Positions 1 through 8,334 of a stretch of DNA of 64,000 nucleotides are shown here, in pieces. The stretch is from positions 992,001 through 1,056,000 of the forward strand of contig JASGJH010000001.1 of assembly GCA_047601445.1 (NCBI GenBank), in the 5' to 3' direction. The translations under genes were made by a program, and so were the position numbers. The DNA is from Myxococcales bacterium. Its GTDB lineage: Bacteria; Myxococcota_A; Polyangia; Polyangiales; DASUME01. Within the stretch, counting starts at the first letter, position 1. Every line of letters begins with the position of its first letter. The notes under the pieces are model-generated. The model searched no databases. It was not told the origin of the DNA and worked only from the letters and a program-made list of their open reading frames with translations.

Positions 1-1518
1 CGCGTCAACCAGGGCCTCTCGGATATTCACGGCCTGCCCGCGGGGGCCCACCTGGGCAAGCGCCTGCGCGAGCTCCTGCCCGGACTGGCGCCCGGCGTGG
101 AGAAGACACTGCAGGACGTGCTGAGTTCGGGCGAGGCTCGCACCATCGAGCTCTCCGGACGCACGGCATCGTCGGGCACGACGCGTACCTGGCTCGTGAA
201 CTGCGCGCCGGTTCGAGACGCCGACACGGACGTGGTCGGCGTGGCCGAGGTCGTGATGGACATCACGGAGCGCAAGCAGGCCGAGCACGAGACCCGCAAG
301 CTCGTGGAGGCGCTGCGGGCGGAGCGTGAGGTGTTCGACGTGGTTCACCGCGTGGGCCAGCGCCTGGCCGCGGAGCTCAACGTGGGGCGCTTGGCGCAAG
401 CGCTGGCCGACGCAGCTGCCCAACTGAGCAGCGCCGAGGTCTCCATCTTCGTGTACGCGTCGCAGGCCGGCGCCGCCCCGGCCGACTGCGCGCTCGCAGG
501 CAGCGAAGCCAAAACGCTCACCGGGCTGAACGCCGAAGCGTTGCTAAAAGTGTTGGCCAGCGTTACCAGCCCTGTCCGGCTCACCGGATTACGCCCCGCC
601 GAGCGCCCCGAGTTCGCCACCCAGCTAGCGGAGGCCCTCGCCAGCAGTGTGAAGTTCAAGAGCTTGATCGCGCTCCCCATCGTGCACCTGCGCGGCGCCA
701 CCAATGCCGCGCTGCTGGTCGGGCACCGTCAGCCCGCCATCTTCACCGAGCGCGATCAGAGCGTCCTGGCCGGCCTCTCCACGCAGGCCGCCATCGCCCT
801 CGAGAATGCGCGTCTCTACGGCGAAGCCGAGGGGCTGATCCGCGCGCTGGCCCAGAGTAACCGTGAGCTCGACCAGTTCGCTTACGTAGCGAGTCACGAC
901 TTGAAGGCTCCCCTGCGCGGCATCGCGAACATCGCCAACTGGCTCGAGGAGGATCTCGGCGAGGCCTTGCCCAAGCGCTCGCGCGAGCACCTGTTGCTGC
1001 TGCGCAACCGCGTCTCGCGCCTCGAGAACATGATCGGGGGTATCTTGCGCTATTCGCGCGCGGGACGCCGAGAGGTGGCGCGCGAGCGCGTGCCCGTGGG
1101 CGAGCTCGTGAACGAGGTGGTCACGCTGCTGGCGCCGCACGAGCAGGCCACGGTGAAGGTGGCAGGTGAGCTGCCGATTTTGCACACCGAGCGCGTGCCA
1201 CTGCAGCAGGTGTTCATGAACTTGATCGGCAACGCTCTCAAGTACGCCAAGCGTCCCGACGTCGTGGTGGAGGTCGGCTGTCGCGAAGTGGACGGCAAGC
1301 TCGAATTCTCCGTGCGCGACAACGGTCCTGGCATCGAGCCCGACGACCAACCGCACATCTGGGAGTTGTTCCAGGCGCGCTCGGCCGATAGTCAGAGTAG
1401 CGGCATCGGTCTGGCGGTGGTGCGCAAGACCGTGGAAGCCCGCGGCGGCCGAGCCTGGGTGGACTCCAAGCCCGGCCAGGGCTCCACGTTCTACTTCACC
1501 TGGTCCGTGGATGCCTGA
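1..1518 (+). CDS. PAS-GAF sensor histidine kinase (5'-truncated by the window edge)
   Basis: Frame is open from position 1. PAS/PAC end (GVAEVVMDITERK), GAF (FTERDQSVLAGLSTQAAIALENARLY), H-box ASHDLKAPL, N-box NLIGNALKY, G-boxes DNGPGI and GIGL. Confidence 0.92.
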   Translation, partial: RVNQGLSDIHGLPAGAHLGKRLRELLPGLAPGVEKTLQDVLSSGEARTIELSGRTASSGTTRTWLVNCAPVRDADTDVVGVAEVVMDITERKQAEHETRKLVEALRAEREVFDVVHRVGQRLAAELNVGRLAQALADAAAQLSSAEVSIFVYASQAGAAPADCALAGSEAKTLTGLNAEALLKVLASVTSPVRLTGLRPAERPEFATQLAEALASSVKFKSLIALPIVHLRGATNAALLVGHRQPAIFTERDQSVLAGLSTQAAIALENARLYGEAEGLIRALAQSNRELDQFAYVASHDLKAPLRGIANIANWLEEDLGEALPKRSREHLLLLRNRVSRLENMIGGILRYSRAGRREVARERVPVGELVNEVVTLLAPHEQATVKVAGELPILHTERVPLQQVFMNLIGNALKYAKRPDVVVEVGCREVDGKLEFSVRDNGPGIEPDDQPHIWELFQARSADSQSSGIGLAVVRKTVEARGGRAWVDSKPGQGSTFYFTWSVDA

Positions 1519-1527
1519 GGCCGCCGC

Positions 1528-1842
1528 TCAAGGAACGATGCCCACGCACTCGTCGAGGCAGTGAAAGGTCTTCTCGGTACAGGAGTCGTCGTCGCTCACG
1601 CAATCGGCGCAGTGATCGACTTTGCTCTCCCACTTGTCGTCTTCGAGCGCTTTGTCCACGCAGCTGTCGCGGCAGTCGTCGAGGTCGGTGTCGTCGTCGA
1701 TGCAGGTGTGGTAGGCGTCGCAGATGCCGCGGCAATCGAGGCGGTTGTCCACGCGGTCGACCGCGCCGTCATCACAACCAAAGGCGGTAGCGGCGAGCGC
1801 GAAGGTGAGCGCGCAGAGGCTAGTGCGAGACAAATAGCTCAT
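1528..1842 (-). CDS. Small Cys/Asp-rich lipoprotein
   Basis: AAGGAGAGG SD before ATG 1842; lipobox-like AFGC; repeated CxxxC/CxxC motifs typical of myxobacterial secreted proteins. Confidence 0.8.
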   Translation of the reverse strand: MSYLSRTSLCALTFALAATAFGCDDGAVDRVDNRLDCRGICDAYHTCIDDDTDLDDCRDSCVDKALEDDKWESKVDHCADCVSDDDSCTEKTFHCLDECVGIVP

Positions 1843-1894
1843 GGGTCCTCTCCTTGGGCGGTCAGCTGAACCGACCGCATTTGGAGAGGAGCAC

Positions 1895-1910
1895 TGCAAC
1901 GCACATGCCG
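1895..1910 (-). promoter_or_regulatory. Putative sigma54 (-24/-12) promoter of the Cys-rich lipoprotein gene
   Basis: Minus strand CGGCATGTGCGTTGCA = GG-N10-GC with TTGCA, 53 nt upstream of the ATG. Confidence 0.6.
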
Positions 1911-2049
1911 TAACGAGGACGCACTTCGAGCGAAGTTTTCCGCACGATCCAGCGGGTTTTTAGGGCACAAAACGGCGACTGCGCCTCAACGGGGCAATCA
2001 GCATCACCCCGCGGGCGCAGCCGCCGTGCTCGGATCCAGCGCGTGCGTG

Positions 2050-2313
2050 TCAGTGGCGCATGAGGCCGCGTCGGTGCGCGATGGCTTGATAGCCGAAGGT
2101 CAAGAGGATGGCGCCAGCGAGGGCCATCAAGAACCCAGCCGACTCTCCTTCGCGGTACATGCCGAGAGCACGCCCGACCATCGCTCCGACGAAGGAGCCG
2201 AGGACGCCGATGATCATCGACACCACCCAGCCCCCGGGCTCGCGGCCCGGGACGATCAGGCGAGCGAGGGCGCCGACGCCCAAGCCAAACAGCAAAAATA
2301 GAATGAGACTCAT
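2050..2313 (-). CDS. GlsB/YeaQ/YmgE (transglycosylase-associated) small membrane protein
   Basis: GLGVGALARLIVPG...IIGVLGSFVG pattern, three hydrophobic segments, GGAGG SD before ATG 2313. Confidence 0.88.
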   Translation of the reverse strand: MSLILFLLFGLGVGALARLIVPGREPGGWVVSMIIGVLGSFVGAMVGRALGMYREGESAGFLMALAGAILLTFGYQAIAHRRGLMRH

Positions 2314-2503
2314 TGCGATCCCTCCTGGAGTTGAATGCTTGTGAGCGAGTCTGCGTAGGGGACAGCAAGACTCGGACCACGTGCCGGCGCGTGCGCAGAT
2401 CGAAACGTCGGCCCCCCTCCAGGCCAGCGTTGCCCCCACGACCGCAAGGAAACACCAGGCGTGCACGAGAGCGCACTTGCCCTGCGCGAGATGTGCTTTC
2501 ACC

Positions 2504-3430
2504 ATGGCGGGCATGGCGGTCTTGATCACGGGGATTTGCGGCAGGCTCGGGCGCCTGGTGGCGCGCTCACTCCATCGCCACCGAGAGGTCATCGGCATCG
2601 ATCGCCGCGAGTTCGTCGGGCGACCCAAGGACGTCATCCATCACCGCGTGGACATTCGCCGCAAGAAGACGCGCGACGTCATCCGCGCCGGCGGTGTGGA
2701 CACCTTGATCCACCTGGGCACCATGCACGATCCCCGCGAGAGCGACGAGGAGCGACACTCGTGGAACGTGGCGGGCTTCCAGCATCTGCTCGAGTACGCG
2801 GCCAAGTACGGCATCAAGAAGGTGGTGGTGCTCTCCAGCGCCAACGTCTACGGACCGAACCCGGACAACCCGCAGTTCCTCAGCGAAGACGCCCCGCTCC
2901 TGGGGGCCCAGCGCTTCAGCGCCATCCGCGATCTGATGGAGGTCGATATGCTGGCGCAGAACTTCCTGTGGCGGCATCCGGAGATCGACACTGTGGTGCT
3001 CCGCCCGTGCCACATCCTGGGGCGCGTCCGTAATGCCCCCAGCAACTATCTCCGCTCCGAGCATCCCATCATGATCCTCGGCTTCGACCCGATGGTGCAG
3101 GTGGTGCACGAGCGCGACGTCCTGCGCGCCATCGAGCTGGCCCTCGAGCCAAACCGACGCGGCATCTACAACATCCGCGGCCCAGGCGAGCTGCCGCTCT
3201 CGCGGGCCTTTCAGATGATCGGCAAGCAGCCCGTGTTCTGGCCCGCCAGCGTGGCCAAGCGGGCGCTCAACGGGCTGTGGCGCTCGGGCATCACCAACTT
3301 CCCGGCCCCCGAGCTCGACCACGTTCGCTACGTGTGCATGGTCGACGACAGCCGCGCCCGCAGCGGCCTGGACTACGCGCACCAATACGATATCCAGCAG
3401 ACGCTGGAGGCCGTGTTCGAAGAGTGGTGA
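2504..3430 (+). CDS. NAD-dependent epimerase/dehydratase (extended SDR)
   Basis: VLITGICGRLG Rossmann motif, LSSANVYG, VVLRP, QVVHERDV. Start at 2504 or 2513. Confidence 0.85.
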   Translation: MAGMAVLITGICGRLGRLVARSLHRHREVIGIDRREFVGRPKDVIHHRVDIRRKKTRDVIRAGGVDTLIHLGTMHDPRESDEERHSWNVAGFQHLLEYAAKYGIKKVVVLSSANVYGPNPDNPQFLSEDAPLLGAQRFSAIRDLMEVDMLAQNFLWRHPEIDTVVLRPCHILGRVRNAPSNYLRSEHPIMILGFDPMVQVVHERDVLRAIELALEPNRRGIYNIRGPGELPLSRAFQMIGKQPVFWPASVAKRALNGLWRSGITNFPAPELDHVRYVCMVDDSRARSGLDYAHQYDIQQTLEAVFEEW

Positions 3431-3439
3431 GGCTCAGCC

Positions 3440-4219
3440 TCAGAGCCAGTATTCGGCGCCTTCGAGCGGAGTATGGTCGTGGCGGGTCGGACGGCCCACC
3501 ATGCGCGGCATCGGATCCTTGGGGCGGCCCCGCACGTGCCACTCGAAGTGGAGATGGGGCCCGCGCGTGATGCCGGTGACCCCGACCTCGCCGATGACCT
3601 GTCCACGCCGGACCTGCTGACCGGCGAACACGTAGTTCGAGCGCTGGTGGCAGTACGTGCTCATCGAGCCGTCCTTGTGCACCAGCATGACCATGTTGCC
3701 GTAGCCGTTCACGCCGTTGTCGGAGTAGGCGACGATTGCGTCGTTCACCGCGCGGACCAGCTCGCCCACGGGGGCGCCGATGTCCACGCCGTCGTGGCGC
3801 TTGTTGCGGCGCTGCTTGCGCACGTAGCCGAAGCCGCGGCCAAAGTGGCCGTTCTCCACGGGCCAGAGCAGCGTGGGCTTGGCCTGACCGGAGACGGCGT
3901 CGATCCACTCGGGCTTGGGGGCCTGGCCGAGCAGGTGCTGGGCCGTGCGCTGGTCGCCGAGGCCGAGGTCCGTGGCCACGTAGGCTTCTTCGCCGTAGGG
4001 CTCGGGGGTGCGACGAGGGCCGTCGCACATCTTCCATTTCGTGCCGTGGAAGTTCCGGCACTTGTTGGTCTCACGGGTGTTGGGAGCCCATGCGGTTGGC
4101 AGCGGGGTCTTCAGGGTCGGCTCGCGGTCGCTCGCCGAGACACCGACATCGGTTAGTACGCCCACACCTAGGATCGCTGCACATGCGATGAGGAAGCGGC
4201 CTACTACCGTGCGGTTCAT
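3440..4219 (-). CDS. Secreted M23 (LytM) metallopeptidase
   Basis: Signal peptide; intact HDGVD and HLH zinc ligands; GYGNMV. Confidence 0.9.
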   Translation of the reverse strand: MNRTVVGRFLIACAAILGVGVLTDVGVSASDREPTLKTPLPTAWAPNTRETNKCRNFHGTKWKMCDGPRRTPEPYGEEAYVATDLGLGDQRTAQHLLGQAPKPEWIDAVSGQAKPTLLWPVENGHFGRGFGYVRKQRRNKRHDGVDIGAPVGELVRAVNDAIVAYSDNGVNGYGNMVMLVHKDGSMSTYCHQRSNYVFAGQQVRRGQVIGEVGVTGITRGPHLHFEWHVRGRPKDPMPRMVGRPTRHDHTPLEGAEYWL

Positions 4220-4435
4220 GAACCCTCCCAGACAACGGAGAACCCATCGAGGCTTGCACGTGCGGTGTCGGGAAGAAAAGCAAAACCGGCGTTTGTTATG
4301 GAAAATTCATGGCCTGCTGTACGTCCGTTGTTGGGGGCGTGCGGACGTGTGCGAGGCCATGAGACACCCGAGTCTTCTCGAGCTTTGACGGGCAATCTCC
4401 GGGAATTACGTGTTTCCGTGGCCGGGCAGGGCGTC

Positions 4436-4987
4436 CTAAGGATCGCGCTCCACGAAGGTAGGTGAGAGCCCACCGGCGCGCCGAATTGCGTCGTACAGCA
4501 CGATGGAGACGGCGTTGCTGAGATTGAGGCTCCGCACGGCGCCCATGGTGGGGATACCCCACACCGAGGCAGGGTGCTGCTCCAGTAGCTCGTTCGGCAG
4601 CCCCACCGATTCGCGACCGAACACCAAGCAGTCGCCGGGGACGAGGGGGGCATCCAGGTAGCTGCGGGTGGCGTTGGCGCTGAAGAAGTGGAGCCTGCCA
4701 CCGGGGCGCGCTCCCTCGAAGGCCGCGAAGGTCTTGTGGACCCTCACATCGACCAGGTGCCAGTAGTCGAGGCCCGCCCGTCGAACGGCGCGCTCGTCGA
4801 GCGAGAAGCCAAGCGGCTCGACCAGGTGGAGGATGCTGCGGGTGGCGGCGCAGGTGCGGGCCACGCTGCCGGTGTTGGGCGGGATCTCGGGCTCGACCAG
4901 GCAGACCTGGAAAGGCTCGTCGACGCCTTTCGAACGAAGTTTGTCACCTTGGGGCACCGCCGTTCTTGGCACCTGTGCTTGACGCAT
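4436..4987 (-). CDS. trmL: tRNA (cytidine/uridine-34 2'-O)-methyltransferase
   Basis: PEIPPNTG, RRAGLDYW, FGRESVGL, RSLNLSN SPOUT motifs. Exact start uncertain. Confidence 0.92.
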   Translation of the reverse strand: MRQAQVPRTAVPQGDKLRSKGVDEPFQVCLVEPEIPPNTGSVARTCAATRSILHLVEPLGFSLDERAVRRAGLDYWHLVDVRVHKTFAAFEGARPGGRLHFFSANATRSYLDAPLVPGDCLVFGRESVGLPNELLEQHPASVWGIPTMGAVRSLNLSNAVSIVLYDAIRRAGGLSPTFVERDP

Positions 4988-5008
4988 TCAAGGGCGCTCC
5001 GATAGCCT
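4979..5008 (+). promoter_or_regulatory. sigma70-type promoter of the 5016 gene (probably leaderless)
   Basis: TTGACG-18 nt-TAGCCT, then 7 nt to GTG 5016. Confidence 0.55.
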
Positions 5009-5015
5009 TCGCCGC

Positions 5016-6044
5016 GTGTCCACAAGGTTTTTCTGGTTTGCTCTCGCTCTGCCGCTCCTGGGCCTCATCCCGCTTCGCAGCGCGCGAGCCGAGGACATGC
5101 AGCTCGCCCTTTCGCGATTGAGCCGAGGCGCCTGTCAGAACACGCTGAGCAATAGCAATCCCTTCGTGCTGCGTACCGGTGACGTCCAGACGCTGACCGA
5201 GGACAACGCTGCCTGGGCGCAGATCATGACTCAGCTCACGCCGGTGATTACGCCCGCTGTGCTGGCACCCGTGACCACCAGCGGTCCCAAGGGCTTCGAC
5301 GTGTCCTTCGAGACCAACGTCACCAAGATCAGCGACAACGCTTCCTACTGGGCGCGCGGCAGCCAGGGACACGGGCCCGAGTCGTACGAGACCTGCGACG
5401 GTCGCAACACGGACGTGAGCCCGCGCCTGACCTCGAATCGCCTGCACTTCACCAAGGCGCTGCCGCTCGGCTTTACGCTCGGTGCCACGGTAGGGCGCGT
5501 GTACAACACGGGGCTCTGGTTGGTCGGTGGCGACATCAAGCTGGCGCTCATCGAGGGCCTACGGCGCTGGCCCATGCCCGATGTGGCGGTGCGCGCGGCG
5601 GTAAACACCACGGTGGGCAGCGCGCAGTACACGCTCACCTCCGTGGCGGCCGACGTCATCCTCTCCAAGAACATCGTGACCGCCCGGGTGATGCAAATCT
5701 CGCCCTACGCAGGCGCGGGCATGGTGTTCTCGTTCGCGTCGAGCGAGCTGGTGGATCTGACGCCCAACGTCGACGCCGTGAAGTGCGCGGCGGGCACCGA
5801 TCCGGTGTGCAACAGCCAGGGGCTCGGGGCCTCGGCGGACGACATCGGACACGATCGCCCGTTCAAGGATCTCAAGCTCAAGCGCTACCGCGGCTTCGCG
5901 GGCCTGGCGATGCGCTACGAGCTGTTCACGCTGGCTGCCGAGTTCATCTTCGATCTGGTGCCGCCGCCCGACGCCGACAAGACCAATGGGAAGGGCACGC
6001 CACGTCAGTGGACGTTCAACGTGGCCCCGGGCCTCACGTTCTGA
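5016..6044 (+). CDS. Hypothetical exported protein, probable outer-membrane beta-barrel
   Basis: Signal peptide ending ARA; alternating-hydrophobic strands; C-terminal PGLTF. Confidence 0.65.
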   Translation: MSTRFFWFALALPLLGLIPLRSARAEDMQLALSRLSRGACQNTLSNSNPFVLRTGDVQTLTEDNAAWAQIMTQLTPVITPAVLAPVTTSGPKGFDVSFETNVTKISDNASYWARGSQGHGPESYETCDGRNTDVSPRLTSNRLHFTKALPLGFTLGATVGRVYNTGLWLVGGDIKLALIEGLRRWPMPDVAVRAAVNTTVGSAQYTLTSVAADVILSKNIVTARVMQISPYAGAGMVFSFASSELVDLTPNVDAVKCAAGTDPVCNSQGLGASADDIGHDRPFKDLKLKRYRGFAGLAMRYELFTLAAEFIFDLVPPPDADKTNGKGTPRQWTFNVAPGLTF

Positions 6045-6079
6045 GCCGCGCTCGCGGGCCCCTGTGGGGCCTTGCGAAC

Positions 6080-7192
6080 TCAACCCAGCAGCGACTCGAG
6101 CGGCACATAGGGCACGTCGGCCGTATGGGCGACGGGAGCGTAGGTGCATTTGCCATCCCAGGTGTTCACTCCCTTGGCGATGGCCGGGTTGCGCCGCACG
6201 GCTTCCTCCACCCCCAGACCACAGATGACTTCGGCCACGCGTGAGGTCACGTTCGTGAGGGCGAACGTGCTGGTGTAGGGCACGGCGCCGGGCATGTTGG
6301 GAACACAGTAGTGGACCACACCGTCGACGACGTAGGTTGGGTGGTCATGATCGGTAGGACGGCAGGTGGAGATGCAGCCGCCCTGATCGACGGCCACATC
6401 GACGACCACGGAGCCGTCTTCGATGTCAGCGAGCAGGCTCTCGTCGATGAGCGTGGGGGCCTTGGCGCCGGGGACCAAGACGGCGCCGATGATGAGATCG
6501 GCCTGCGTCACGGACTGCTCGATATTGGCAGGGTTGGAGTAGAGCGTCTCGATGGCGGCTCCGAACACGTCCTCGAGGTACGCCATGCGTTCGTGGCTGA
6601 CGTCGAGCACGGTGACCTGCGCGCCCATGCCGACGGCGATACGCGCGGCACTCGCACCGACGATCCCTCCCCCGAGGATGACTACGTGGCCGCGGCGGGT
6701 GCCGGGCACCCCGCCGAGCAGGAGTCCCTTGCCCCCGCGCTCGCGCTCCAGGTAGGTGGCCCCGACCTGCACGGCCATTCGGCCTGCCACTTCGCTCATG
6801 GGTTTGAGAAGGGGCAACGTGCCGTCGGGCCGCTGAATGGTCTCATAGGCCACCGAGCGTACGTCGGACTTGAGCAGGGCCTGAGTGAGCTGAGGCACGG
6901 CCGCCAAGTGCAGGTAGGTGAACAGCACGAGCCCGGGTCGGAAGAAGCCGTATTCATCCGGCAGTGGCTCCTTGACCTTCATCACCATTTGCGCGGCCCA
7001 GGCTTCCGCAGCGGTCTCGACCAGCTTCGCGCCCGAGCGCAAGAACTCCTCGTCCGAGATACCGGATCCCAAGCCCGCGCCGCGCTGGATCCGGACCTCG
7101 TGCCCGGCTCGAACCAACGCCTGCACACCGCCCGGGTTGATGCCCACGCGGTACTCGCGGGTTTTGATCTCGGTAGGAACGCCGACGATCAT
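6080..7192 (-). CDS. ald: Alanine dehydrogenase
   Basis: [60 protein letters not shown]. Confidence 0.97.
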   Translation of the reverse strand: MIVGVPTEIKTREYRVGINPGGVQALVRAGHEVRIQRGAGLGSGISDEEFLRSGAKLVETAAEAWAAQMVMKVKEPLPDEYGFFRPGLVLFTYLHLAAVPQLTQALLKSDVRSVAYETIQRPDGTLPLLKPMSEVAGRMAVQVGATYLERERGGKGLLLGGVPGTRRGHVVILGGGIVGASAARIAVGMGAQVTVLDVSHERMAYLEDVFGAAIETLYSNPANIEQSVTQADLIIGAVLVPGAKAPTLIDESLLADIEDGSVVVDVAVDQGGCISTCRPTDHDHPTYVVDGVVHYCVPNMPGAVPYTSTFALTNVTSRVAEVICGLGVEEAVRRNPAIAKGVNTWDGKCTYAPVAHTADVPYVPLESLLG

Positions 7193-7311
7193 GGATTGTC
7201 CTCCTCCTCTTAGTCTCTCACGGCCTCGAACTGGCGCGCCAGCCGGTCTCGAAGACTCGCGCACGCGACGCCCGCCAAAATAGGTGCGCCCCGTGTGCTA
7301 CACCGCGCGCG

Positions 7312-8334
7312 GTGACCCTCGTCCCCAAGGACCGCACGCGAAACTACGTGCTCATCGTCGTCGCTGTGGTGGCGCTAGTGGGTGCGGCGATCGCGTTAGC
7401 CTGGTTCTGGAGCGCACGGGCTACGTCGCCGACCTTGTGTGAGGCACTGCGCGGGGCGCGCGTCGCGAAGGTGTGGCTCGCGCCTCAGGCTCGCTTGAGC
7501 TGCGAGGGCGTGGCCACCGCGGAGGTGGCGGGGCTCCCGCTTGGGGCTGCGCTCCAAGGTTCCCCTGAGATGCAGGTCGCGCAGCTCCTCGCCGCCGAGA
7601 AGGCCGCGGCCATCGGTCTGGTGCCGGGGCGCGGCGGGCGAGGGGTGCTCGGGAAGCTCGCTAGCTTCCAGCATGTACCTGGCCTGCGGGGCATCGTCCT
7701 GTCGCCCGAGTTGGCGGTCTACGCTCCCTTCCGGGAGCTCACCCTGAGCGCCCGCGAAGCGGACGCGGTGGCCTACGTGGCCCGGGCGCTGTTCCGCGGC
7801 GCGCGCGAGCCCAGCGTGTCGTCGTTCCCAGTGAGCCTGCGCAAGGTCGAGCGGGTCGAGGTCATCGTGACCTTGAGTGAGAACGGGCGACCTCTGCTCT
7901 GGCGCTCCACGCGGGGGACCTCCATCGCGCGCGCGCTGCTCACTGCGACCCGCGTGGCTCGCGATCGCTGGCACGAGAGCTCTCAGAGCAAGGGCGGGCC
8001 CCTCGAGAAGCGCTTGCCATCGCTCGATGTGGAGGTGGGCATCCTGTCGGAAGACGGCACGCTGGCGAGTCTGTCACCAAGCTTCATCGATCAGGTCATC
8101 ACGCCCGGACACGGCATCGGCTTCGACTACCGTAATGGCTGGCACTATCTGTCGCCGGCGGACGTGGCGGTACGCGGCAAGGGGAAGCCTTTTGCTGCGC
8201 TTCAGGCGTTGCTTGCAGACCAGGGACTTCCCCCTACCACGCTCAAGGATCCCAACCTGCGGGTCTACCGCTTCGTGCCGCTGATGCTGGGCGTCTCGAA
8301 GGCACCGCTCGGGGGCGCCACGGCTGGAGACTGA
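7312..8334 (+). CDS. Membrane-anchored hypothetical protein with AMMECR1-like C-terminal half
   Basis: Single N-terminal TM; VIVTLSENG...ARDRW...LDVEVGIL...GHGIGF...GLP...VYRF spacing resembles AMMECR1. Confidence 0.6.
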   Translation: MTLVPKDRTRNYVLIVVAVVALVGAAIALAWFWSARATSPTLCEALRGARVAKVWLAPQARLSCEGVATAEVAGLPLGAALQGSPEMQVAQLLAAEKAAAIGLVPGRGGRGVLGKLASFQHVPGLRGIVLSPELAVYAPFRELTLSAREADAVAYVARALFRGAREPSVSSFPVSLRKVERVEVIVTLSENGRPLLWRSTRGTSIARALLTATRVARDRWHESSQSKGGPLEKRLPSLDVEVGILSEDGTLASLSPSFIDQVITPGHGIGFDYRNGWHYLSPADVAVRGKGKPFAALQALLADQGLPPTTLKDPNLRVYRFVPLMLGVSKAPLGGATAGD

